Assembly: GCA_964247055.1 (NCBI GenBank)
Contig: OZ176052.1
Coordinates: 9,920,001 to 9,984,000 of the forward strand
DNA length: 64,000 nt
Direction of reading: 5' to 3'
From: Paragordius varius
Lineage: Eukaryota; Animalia; Nematomorpha
Both the position numbers and the translations under genes were made by a program. This document shows positions 12,741 to 23,845 of this stretch, in pieces. The notes under the pieces were generated by a model, which was not told the origin of the DNA, did no database searches, and worked only from the letters and a program-made list of their open reading frames with translations. Within the stretch, counting starts at the first letter, position 1; each line of letters starts with the position of its first letter.

Positions 12741-15700
12741 ATGTCAAATAATTATTTTAAATTCAATTTTGCGAAAAAATTCAAACACTGCCCAGAAAAA
12801 ACATCAGAAATGAATAATTTCGTTAATTACTTTACTAAAATTGGAAAAAGTGTCAATATTATAAATATTGTTGGATGAAAAGGTTTCAATTTAAATAACA
12901 AACTCAAGTCACAGAATGCTAAACCCCAGGGAAGAGTCTGTTAGATAATGAATACAACGATTCGATAAAGGTGCCCATACAAATTTCGATCATAACCAAC
13001 TTTTATTGAGTGATATCCAAAAAGATTTCCATAAATAGAGAAAGCAAAAAGAATATCGGAAGATATTCTCGTATCATTTGGGGGTCAGTTGAACTCAAAC
13101 TCAATAGATAGTGAAAGGGAAAATGTTGATATCCTTAAAACCAATACGGATATAAGAGACGCAACTATTTTTCAAGACACTGATGCACCAAATTTAGAAA
13201 AGGAAGGCCACTCCTCAAATAACGAAACTAAAGCATATGTCACCAAATCATTTAATAAGGGTGATCTGAGTGAACGAATAAATGATACTTCAGAAATGCA
13301 AAGGCGTACAACATTAAAAAACAAATTTGTCCGAATGTTCCATAAAACTCCAAAAGATGATATCAAAAATATATCAACTAATGCAGCGGAAATTAAAAAT
13401 ACTTTTGCATATATGGGCAGGGTGACCAGACGTCCCGCTTTTTCACACTTTGTCCCGCGTCCCGCTACGTTTTTGAGTCCTGCTTTTTCACGATTATATT
13501 AATATTTTTTTTTAAATACATTTAAATTTTTTATAAAAAATTTATTTTTTTATCCAATTTTTTATCATTAGTTTTGTTTAAAATTTATATCAATTTTAAA
13601 ATGAAAATTTATTATTTTTAAATTTAAAATATTTATTTTTTTTGAATTTATATCAACATTATAAAAAAGACAAATTAATACCAAAATCGGTAGCACATAG
13701 CCGCAAGCATGATATTACAAAGCATATAGAAAGACAGAAACATAAAAAATGTTTAGATATGGCGGCATCATCTTACAAAATGATCGATTTTTATCTAAAA
13801 ACCGCTTTTGGAGAGGAAGAAGAGATTCGGCACTAGTAGAAGGCGTTTTATCTTCTCACGCCGTTAATCACAATCATTCTTATAGATCTATGGATTGTAC
13901 CTCACAGGTTATTCGTACCTTATTCAATAAAAAAATTTTATGTGCCCCATTGTATTCAATGTCCTTTCGCCACATGCATTTTCTGAAATAAAAAAGATTT
14001 GCTAAAAATTAATTTCATATCGCTATACTTTGATGCATCAAATCACAAGGAAACAAAATTATTTCCCACTTTAATAAGATATTTTGATCCAACCGGAGTA
14101 AAAATTAAAATTTTAGATTTCATATCTCTAAAAACAAAATCATCGCATATTGCGCTGACAACACCAATACGAACTTCGGTGGAAAATCAAGGAGGGGAAC
14201 AATAAAAATTTTCATAAATTAGCAGGTAATCATAATCAAACATTTATGGCGTTGGGTGTGCAGTGCATATAATACACAACGCTATTCAAACAGCTGCTGA
14301 TTTATTACCCCTAGATGTTGAAATGTAGTTCTTAAAATATATTCCTTTTTTATATAAACACGGTACGCTTTGAAACGCTCAAGGAATTTTGTGAAAATGC
14401 ACAAGTTCAATATCAAAAAATGCTTGGATATTGTAAAACTCGTTGGTTAGCTCTTCTGCCAACTGAAAGAATTTTAAAAATGAATGATCCTTTAAAATTC
14501 TATTTTTTATCACAGCACAAATGTTTTACAACTTTGTAAAAGTTTTTTAAAAGTGATTCTTCAAAAATATAATTAGAGTTTTTACATAATCAAGCTTCTC
14601 TCAAAATGTTATAAATTGTTAGAAGGTGACAAAATATTGGCAATCGAAGTAGCCAAGGAAGTTAGTAACCTAAACTTCCAATTTCAAGAAAGGTTAAATT
14701 TTAATTAACCATCCGCAATATTATAAATAATTTAGAAAAACAAGGCTTCATAAATCGTCAAGATATCCTGTACCATATAAAAATGTTTTATACAAACTGT
14801 ACAGATGATTTGGAAGACTGGACGATGCAATTCAATAAAATTGATCATTTTCATTGGATAACATTAAAACCAGAATATAATTGGTGCGATGTTCAAAAAT
14901 CATTTGATCTGCATCTCCTAAAAATTCCCAAAAAGTAATCTTTTAGAAAATGATCTTTTTTTGAAGTATAGTTCAAAAATATATTAATAATGAAAAACTT
15001 AAATTATGGCAACAGAAAAAAATACAGTAGAAAAGAAATGGTTATAAATATTTCATCATTTTGAAACAAACTATGTTCTAAACAATAATTTTAAAAATTT
15101 TAGAATTAGCACTATCTTTGTTTGGAACTAACGCTGCTATTGAGCGCGTTTTTTTCCACAGTAAATCAGGTGTGGACATCGGAAAAATCAAATTTAAATG
15201 TTGAAACTTTAAAGGTTATTTATCTGTCAAATATAATTTGCAAATTCTGAAGACTCTACAACATTTTAAAAAATTATGACAATCTGCTAAAACGCATTCA
15301 CTCAAATTAAAATATTTTCTTATATTTTTAAGTATTTGTATTAAAAATAAATACTACAATAAATTTTTTGAAACATTTTTGGTTGCCCCCGCCCCCCTAT
15401 TTCAGATTTGTCCCGCTTTTTCCTTCAAAAAATCTGGTCTCCTTACTTATATGGGGAAAGTAAAAGTTAAACAACTTCTTGGCATATCCAACAATAAGGA
15501 GAATTTAGGCGGAAAAAATTCTTGCGAACTTTCAGATAATGTTAACAATAAATTTTTCAGCCCAGTTCTGATTCAACCTTTAGCAGGTGATATCAAAAAC
15601 AAATTAAAAGCAGATATTGTCGAAATCGGAAATACAATGAAAATTCAGAACCGTAAAACACTCATGCATAAAAACTTTTAAAAAGGCAATCCAAAATGAT

Positions 15701-16121
15701 TCAAAGAGAAATGATATACAAAATCAAAACAGAAACAATATGGGCAACTTAAAGTAAAAAAATTTTCGGTAACATTTTGAAAAATAAGGATAGTATATTA
15801 TTGGGAGAAATAACCGAAGTTTTAGATAATGGCATAAAAAATAAAACACTTGAAAAAATTTAACCATTAGAAGATGACTTCGAAGAGCTAAAGCGAGTGT
15901 TTAAATCAAATAAAGCAGATATCGTTGATATGAAAAAAAGATATTTTCCCAACACGAAAGAAGTTAGTTCACCAGAAAGTCTCGAAACTATTGATGATAA
16001 GGCTCAAACGGTAGAAATTAAAGCATCTATAGTTGCGAATCCTGATGCGAAAGGATCAACAAAAACTAATGGATTTAATCGAGTATAAAAACAATTAGGA
16101 AGAAAGAATCTTTCGTAGAAC
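12741..16121 (+). pseudogene. Pseudogene paralog of the 653-aa repeat protein at 32258-34219, split by a hAT element
   Basis: ATG at 12741 gives MSNNYFKFNFAKK (paralog MSINYFKFNFTKN) with an in-frame TGA where the paralog has Trp. Later matches: FDHNQLLLSDIQ, RMFHKTPK, YMGKVKVKQLLG, FKSNKADIVDMKKRYFPN, KTNGFNRV followed by a stop. There are frameshifts. The upstream motif gatagaacgaccaacaat is shared with the paralog. Confidence 0.85.
13418..15447 (+). mobile_element. Decayed hAT DNA transposon (Blackjack-like termini) with transposase remnants
   Basis: Left terminus CAGGGTGACCAGA with gtcccg subterminal motifs; degenerate right terminus tctggtctcctta. Perfect 8-bp duplication tatatggg at 13410-13417 and 15448-15455. 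Interrupted ORFs carry SVAHSRKHDITKH, EGVLSSHAVNHNHSYRSMDCTS, FDASNHKETKLFP, GCAVHIIHNAIQTA and GTNAAIERVF (hAT C-terminal dimerisation motif). Confidence 0.9.
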
Positions 16122-17389
16122 AGCGTTGCTGTGTTTATTTAATCAAAATTCGGTGAAACTACTTAACATAAAATATTATCAATTTTGTATATTTATCATT
16201 TATTTGATATCTTCATAAGCTGCCAAAAATTGCTTTTAGTTTTAGTATTTAAAAAGTGTCTCCACCAACGTCATATTTACTGTAAATAGGTTGGAAAATT
16301 ATTTAAAATAGATTATAATATATGACCTTTAAAGATCAACAATAAACAGAATTATGGTATTTACTAGTTATCTATCCAATAATGTTATATTAGTCATTTT
16401 TAGCAAAAAAAACATTTATTGTGACACAATATAATAATCTAGGAAGCATTTACAGGATAACAGCTAGGTCAAATCAGAAAATCTATCAAATCTTGATTGG
16501 CTTCTATGCCTAAATATCGTAATAGTTTGAGTCAGTTATGAAGTATACTAACTTATTGAATAAATCCGCTAATTACGATTCTTTTAAAGTTTAATGTGTT
16601 TGGTATAAAATACTTTTTTTAATCATTTTCATGTTACAATAAACAATATATTTTTTGAATCTTCCGATAAAACGTTTTTAAAAACTCCCAACACAGAATA
16701 GGGATACATATATATTCCCGAAACGGCTCTCTCTAGATCAACCAAATATTTATTATCTATTTAGGATGGACAGGTTATAATTTTAAATATTGGCATATTG
16801 GATTGGGACCCGGTTAATTTTATTTTTGACGATATATACTTATTCACCGAGTAAATTTTTTTTTAACAATTTTTTTATCAAAACCTTTTTAACATTGTAA
16901 CACGATAGTAATTCAAATAGTTTCTGAAATTTTGGTAAAACGGGTATATAAAGAGTAATTATGAAGATTTGATGCAAAATTTTGTTTGAAGACAATTAAT
17001 AATTATAGTAAAATTTATATTTTTAAAATCCTTCAAACTCGTCAACTACCATTACCTTACAAAAAAATTATATGAAATAATTCTAGCCAAATATGAATGA
17101 GATTAAAATTAAAAATATCTTGAAAACCATGGAAACGATTTTCAAATATTTAGAATGTTGTCTCTTTATTCAAAAGTTAATTGATCCCAATCTTATCGTT
17201 AAACCCAAGACAAATTACACAATGACCCTGCACCTATAGTGCCTCGATGTCTTTCAAATGGATTGATTAAGATGGGCGCAAAATAACGGTTTTAATGCCA
17301 CAATAAAACTATAAAGAATTTTCTAAACACTTAAAATAATGGAATATTTAAAGTTTTTTAATTATGTTGTATATTATATAATTTATTTA

Positions 17390-17852
17390 TTAAACATTCG
17401 CAGAAGCTTCTTGAGAACGTAGGCGAGCATGTTCATTTGTAACTTTTATAGCAAGTTGCTGAGCACGTTCAACAATTTGTTTGCGTTTAAGGGCAGAGAC
17501 GGCATGCGCTATTTCAGCACAGTAAGTTTTGTTGTGCATCATAAGCACTTCCAATTCCTGAAATAAAAATTGCAAATTTTACTTTAACATTATTCACTAA
17601 AACTTTTCTGAATCCTGAAGGTAACATATGCTTGGTTCTTTTATGGCTCCCATAACCAACATTTGGCATCAACTTTTGTCCTTTAAAGCGTCTGCGGACA
17701 GGATTATCAATACCTTTTGGTTTTCTCCAATTAGGCTAATATTATATATTTATAAATACTTTCAATCTTTTGTACCGATCACAATGATGACGGGTAAACT
17801 TATTTTTCTTCTTCTTGACAATGTTGTATTTTTTTGACGGATGGAGAGCCAT
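17390..17852 (-). CDS. RPL32: 60S ribosomal protein L32 (eL32), 137 aa
   Basis: Exons 17852-17760, 17735-17583, 17557-17390 give [31 protein letters not shown]|[51 protein letters not shown]|[55 protein letters not shown]. Introns are 24 and 25 nt. Confidence 0.97.
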
Positions 17853-17881
17853 AATTAAATAAGTGAACTCAGCTGTTTTAA

Positions 17882-18384
17882 ATGCCTAAAATACGATTCA
17901 AAAATCCGCCGCCAGAAGGGTGGGATCTGATTGAACCAACGTTGGATGAATTAGAATGTAAAATGCGTGAAGGTACTAATATTTATAAAATTTTAGCGGA
18001 AACTGAATCCCATGAAGGTAAAAGAATAGTGGAATCATTATGGCCCATCTTCAAAATTCACCATCAAAAATCTCGTTATATTTACGACCTTTACTATAAA
18101 CGCAAGGCTATATCTAAAGGTTTTTTATCATTATATATTAAAGAATTGTATGATTTTTGTATTAATGAGAACATTGCAGATAAAAATTTGATTGCAAAAT
18201 GGAAAAAGCCCGGGTACGAAAATTTATGCTGTCTAAGATGCATTCAAACAAGGGACACAATTTATGGAACAAATTGTTTATGCCGAGTTCCCAAAGACAA
18301 ATTAGAATTAGTAATCATATTGTTTATTATTAGGGTAAAATTGTCGAATGCGTTCAATGTGGCTGCCGTGGCTGTTCTGGATAA
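17882..18384 (+). CDS. BUD31: BUD31/G10 splicing factor, 143 aa
   Basis: Exons 17882-17972, 17997-18119, 18144-18310, 18334-18384. Removing 24, 24 and 23 nt GT-AG introns restores the canonical MREAETE, KAISKELY and [20 protein letters not shown]-stop. Contains [14 protein letters not shown]. Confidence 0.97.
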
Positions 18385-19932
18385 TATGATTTTATTTATG
18401 TAAATAAATTTTAATAATTTAACTTTCTTATTCTCTTATAATAAAATCTATTATTTTAACATGCAAAAATCAAATATTTTATTTTAAACTATAAGTAAAA
18501 TTAATAACCATAGCTCGCGATGGCTTTTCATCCATTGTTTTCTTATTATTTAAATGTAATAATTGATGGTATAGGGTAAATGTATTCAAAATGTGGTTTA
18601 GTTGGGACCATTCATATATAATTATATGTATTTAAAACAGTAGTTTTTTTAAAAAAATATTTGTTCAAGTGAATATCATAAATTATATACATGACACATG
18701 AACACTTGAAGAAAAGCTTATAATAATTTTAAATTCTCTTTAAATAGCGATTAACATTTAATTCTGGCTGAATAATAATATATTTTTGACGATATATTTG
18801 ATTTTTATGCCTTTATATAAATTTTTGTTTAAAAGTTGTTTTTTGATAGTCACAACCGGGGGCATCAACCCTAGTTTGCATGAGTTTATTAACAATGCAT
18901 TATGTTAACCCATTTGTGAATGCATGATCTTAGATGTGGAGTTAACTTTTAATTTTTTGGTTTTTCATTAGCTTTGTATCAAGGGTTCGTTTTACAAAAA
19001 ATCTAAATGTCATAAATGATTGTAACTTGTATTGCAATTATTTTTAATATAACGGAATATATGGATCATTATCCGCATCATGATTTTTTCAAAAAAAACC
19101 TTAAAATAATTTTAATTTATTAAATATATAATTAGTAATATTCTAGAAAAATCAATAAAGATTATCTAAATCTATTTTTGTTTAATATTTTGTTCATTTT
19201 GAGAATCGCCTACAACCCACAAATCAATAATTTTATGATGAGGTATTCTCAACTTTAAACAATCATAATTTAATAATTAGAGCTTTATTTGAAAATCGGT
19301 AAGGGCATGATGGCAAGCATAAGCCAATATTTCATAGCCGACGTTTAGTGAAAGCTTATCATGAGGTAAATCCCATGTAGGCCATATCGCGTTTTACCTG
19401 TATCTAGGAAGGGCTTGGGTTAAAATGCATATATTGATAACTGACCTGCGTTTATGTCATTTTTTAAAACATAATACTTTCCGAAATATATAATAATTTA
19501 AATGTAATATGTAAAATTTTTTATCATTTTCTTCTTATTATTATAAACAAACTTAATTAGTAAATTTTGCTTTTTTATAGGCATGCCCCTTTTCGAATTA
19601 GAGCTTAAAAAAATATTTTTTGCAAAATCTAACCTGTGAATTAATTTGTGGGAATTATTTTTTTAACAAATTATTACAAATAAGTATAATAACATATCTT
19701 ATAAGTAAGTAGGAAAAAATAAGTATAATCTGTCGTATATGAATCTAAACGAAATTAAATAGTATATAGCGATTCTAATGGTCAAATAAAAACATCTTCA
19801 TTTATTTAAAATTCGTCCATATAAAAACAATGTATAATAATAATTAATATATGTGATATTAAAATCCAATTTGTTAAAATAGAATGTTGTTGTAATCCAT
19901 ATAGTTTCTCAAATAGAATAGGTTTCATTGGT

Positions 19933-22900
19933 TTATTTCTTTTTCTTGACATTTTTACGCTTCGGAATTTTAGTCTAAATCAATATAATATAAATTAAAA
20001 TAGGCTGCGTTCAATTTATAAAAATAAATTAAAAAATTAATTATCTCTTTGGGTTGTTGACGCTCCTCAACAACAGTAAAAATTATAAAAACGAGTTTTA
20101 ATATATAAACGGTTGATTTGCTGATCATTTGCATAGGCACTTTTAAAAATATTATTTACAATGCTTAAATACATCTTAAACAACAAGAATAAAGATGTTA
20201 CATTGGTTATCTATCATTTAAGAATATTTGATTGCTTGTAATTATTGATAGTACCCTATGAAAATGCTATAAATTGTATGATGAATCACTCATAAATTTT
20301 TTGTTGTCCGAACAAAAAAAATATACCCAAGTGTTATCAGTTGAAGCATTAATTGGATTTTCGGATAATTTATCCATAATTGCATCATTTTCATTGTCAT
20401 AAACCGGAATTGACTGATCTGTGTTTTGACTAGCTTTATCCTATAGCAAAAATAATAAAATTATAACATATAATATAATCTTATCCATACAATAATATCG
20501 AATTTCGAAAATATAAATAAATCAACGAGAAGGTAGAAAACAATATTACTCCAAATCGGAAATTTTATAAGGCTAATACTTTCTCATTTCCGTGCTTTTA
20601 TTATTGTGTAATTGGGTTTCAAATGTTAAAGTATTTTTATTTAAGGCATTAATAAACTGTAAAAAAAGACATTCCAATATATAAATTTAAGAGGTAGGAA
20701 TCTTATAATATACAAATAATTTTTTAGTTAATGCATGATACTATTATTCGTTCAGAAATGAAAAGCTCCAAATTACAAAATTCATACTTAAAACTATCTT
20801 ATAGTGAGTGACTAAATTACATTAACGTATTTTATCTTTGCATTCGTATGTTGTTAATAAATATTTTATTAGAGATATCCCTTACTCCCTAAAATTGAGA
20901 GTATAAACCAGTTAAAAAAACAATTAATGCAAAATAATCTTAGAAAAAAATAAACGTATTAATTTTATAAGGGATTAAGTAGGTGTAATCTGTTTTTGTT
21001 AGCTACAATAACAAGTAGGAAAAAGCAGCGATATTAATATTTTTAATTCAATATTTAATATAACATAAAAAACTCATGCACAAAGGAATCTATATATTTA
21101 TAATGACTAGTAGAAATAACCAAACTTGAGCAAATAGTAACTAATTTATAATTATAAGCAAGATGATTGATTCAAATGGCTTTAACATCTAAAAGAACAA
21201 AAATAAATGACAGTAAAACTATCACATTATAAATATGCGTAGGATCGTGTTAGAAGACACACACCCAAAAATATGAATATATTATCTTTTTAAGAAAATA
21301 ATAAAATAATTTTCGTTAAATATTCAAATTAAAAGATTAAATATTACATAATCTAAAAATATTTTTTTATTAGCCCTTAATTACATTTGGGATTTCCTAG
21401 CCCAGGCAATTTTATATATAACACCGATGATATGGGCATCTAAAAATATCATGGCCTTTATAGAAAAAACATCTCAAACTATTCCCCCAAATATTTGTCA
21501 TTGTTTTATTTATTGGTAAAAAAAACTAAAAAACAAAAGTAAACTAGAAAATTTGAAATACCCTAACTATTATGCAATTTGACTGCAAATATTGGCAAAT
21601 TATTAATATTAAAATCGACTATTTGTTTCGGATTCAATAGTAATCAAGTAGGATTCAAGTTACAAAAATGTAATAAATAATGCATTTTTGTTCAAAATAT
21701 TTATAATTATACAAAATGAGTTTTAGAAAAAAAATTTTATAGCACTGAGTAGCCCCAATATATATGTAAAATTTTATATAAATTTATACTTTTGCTTTTT
21801 TCTTTTCCGAAACAGTTTGGGTACCTTTTGAATGTTTGTTGATCACAGATTCAATATCTTGACTATTCTAAACAATTATAAATACATATTAGTAAATCGA
21901 AACATTATCAAGTGCATAATTGTCAATTTTTTCTAATTATATTACTATTTAAATGAAATATTTACAAATGAAATTATTATATAGTTTTAACCACTAATTT
22001 CTTTATTCCTAATTTAATAATTTTAAATAAATTTAAAAATGTCAACACATGAAAGGAAGCGAAATAAGGAGGAAACCGATTTAGGGGTATTTGGTAGACC
22101 AGATTTCGCAATTGCACATTTTGTTGCTTTTGAACTAGATGTAGTTTTCACATTATCACTAATTATGGATGAAGTTTCACTCGGGGTCGTAATAAAATCA
22201 TTGATATCTGTCCCATCCAAAACAATAAGGTTCTCATTGTTTTTGTTTAATGCAGTTCCTTTGTTTTTCTTTTTCTTCTTTTTACTGACTTCTTTGATGG
22301 CAGGCGAAGCTATAACCTTTTTTACCGGCAACGAATGTTCTGGAAAGATTTTGATTAATTCTTCATGCAATTGATTAAATAGTTCCGTAATATGTGTTTT
22401 GGGTTGGTTTGCCAAAACATTTTGTTTTGTATCCTCAAGTGGTATATTCTTAAACGAGCAAATTAAAATGTTAGATAACCTTAAACTATTAGCCTTATTA
22501 TTCTCATCACCGGAAATACCTGAAACTGTTTGAGCCAAATTTTTTCCATCCAACGAAATTAGAGGACAATCAACATTTATTGCACCATTAAACAGTAAAT
22601 ACACCAACTCTAACAGCGTAAATTGAGGACTGAAATCCAGGTTTTCCGCATTATCACGCAATAATTGATTTAAATGTTCGATATAAAAGGTGGTTACTGG
22701 ATCATGTGAGTGTTTTATATCTTGGCGCTCTTTTAAATATTTTACTATGGACTCAAAATCAAACGGTGGCGGTGTAATTTTTTTCTCTATGTTTGGCAGT
22801 GAAGCGGTCAAAGCCGGTTTAAATATATCAGTCAAGGAAAGTTTATGTAAATCTACTGGAACGTTTTCCGTCAAATTTCCAAACTGTATTTGATGAACAT

Positions 22901-23671
22901 CAGTTAAAGATTTGGTGTTATCAGTTTTATTAACATTTTCATTTGGCAATAAGACAGGAGATCCTGAGAGACCATATTGATGATTTATAGTCTGATCTTT
23001 ACTGGTTGTGTCCCTATTCAACTGGCCATGTGGCTTTGAAGAAAAATTATTTGGCACATAATTCTTGTATTTATCTCGGTTATAATTGGGATCGTATGGA
23101 TGACGATACGGTATATTCTTAGTTTCATTGTTAAAAGAAGGTTTTCGTCTGGGCTTATTTAAATTATCCACAAATTTAATTTTGTTTTTATGATGTAGAG
23201 ATGAAATTGCGTGCTGATGTCTCTCATATGCAGAACTATTTTCATCCAATAATTCTTTATCCAAAAAATCAGATGGTCCAAATACATTATCAGCATTGTA
23301 ATCGTAATTTTCTGATATATTCCGTCGCCGGGCATTATTTTGATGATGATAATATGGTTTAGATTCTGATTGATACTTGGGAGATGTCAAAACATTGTCA
23401 TAAAAATGCGCATTAGACAAATCTTTATTAATATCGTCTACGTTTGCCCAATGATTATTGTCAGTATGATATTTCGGATGGGATTGTGAAAAGGGGTGAA
23501 CCTATTAATTAATATATTCATAACTTTGTGTGGATAGTAAGGAGATCTTGGAGCACCCTTTCGTATTAACGCCGGTATTTTGTTAACGATAGGGTTTTGC
23601 TGTGCAAAGGATATTTTATCAATGTGAAATAATTGTTGCTTTGTATAAAAATACTGGTTATTAGGCTTCAT
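19933..23671 (-). CDS. Uncharacterised ~600-aa protein, candidate divergent GIGYF (PERQ)-like translational repressor
   Basis: Exon 23671-23525, a 23-nt intron at 23502-23524, then the long open exon 23501-22077 (well supported). Lower-confidence phase-0 exons 21867-21790, 20440-20327 and 19974-19933 (stop). N-terminal YFYTKQQLF, a GYF-like segment PQFTLLELVYLLFNGAINVDCPLISLDG, and a KKKKKNK tract. Family assignment is inference. Confidence 0.6.
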
Positions 23672-23845
23672 CAATTACTGTAATCTGATATTATGAATGA
23701 AATCTAATTAAATTAAAATTTAAAACACTGTAAAAATTTTAAAAATACGTTAACTGATTTAAAGTTTTAAAGCAAATATGTCTTAGAATTATCAATAAAC
23801 GCGATTTAACATGTGTTATATCTTGGATACACATTCATTTCAATC

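Noticed and set aside
17390-18403. Ciliate origin or a non-standard genetic code suggested by the tiny introns
   Set aside because: TAA and TGA act as stops, and the window contains animal-specific genes (nuclear receptor, spectraplakin) with the same composition.
17882-18403. 173-aa BUD31 with insertions and a novel hydrophobic C-terminus, as in the ORF track
   Set aside because: The extra segments are GT-AG bounded, and removing them restores the conserved 143-aa protein with its Cys-rich end.
19200-19460. Coding-like island (FENRLQPT...GHDGKHKPIFHSRRLVKAYHEVNP)
   Set aside because: Several in-frame stops and no family I can name; probably a decayed transposase fragment.
21089-21110. 22-bp A|TCTATATATTTATAATGACTAG|T resembling fused Helitron ends
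   Set aside because: No hairpin, and too short and AT-rich to exclude chance.
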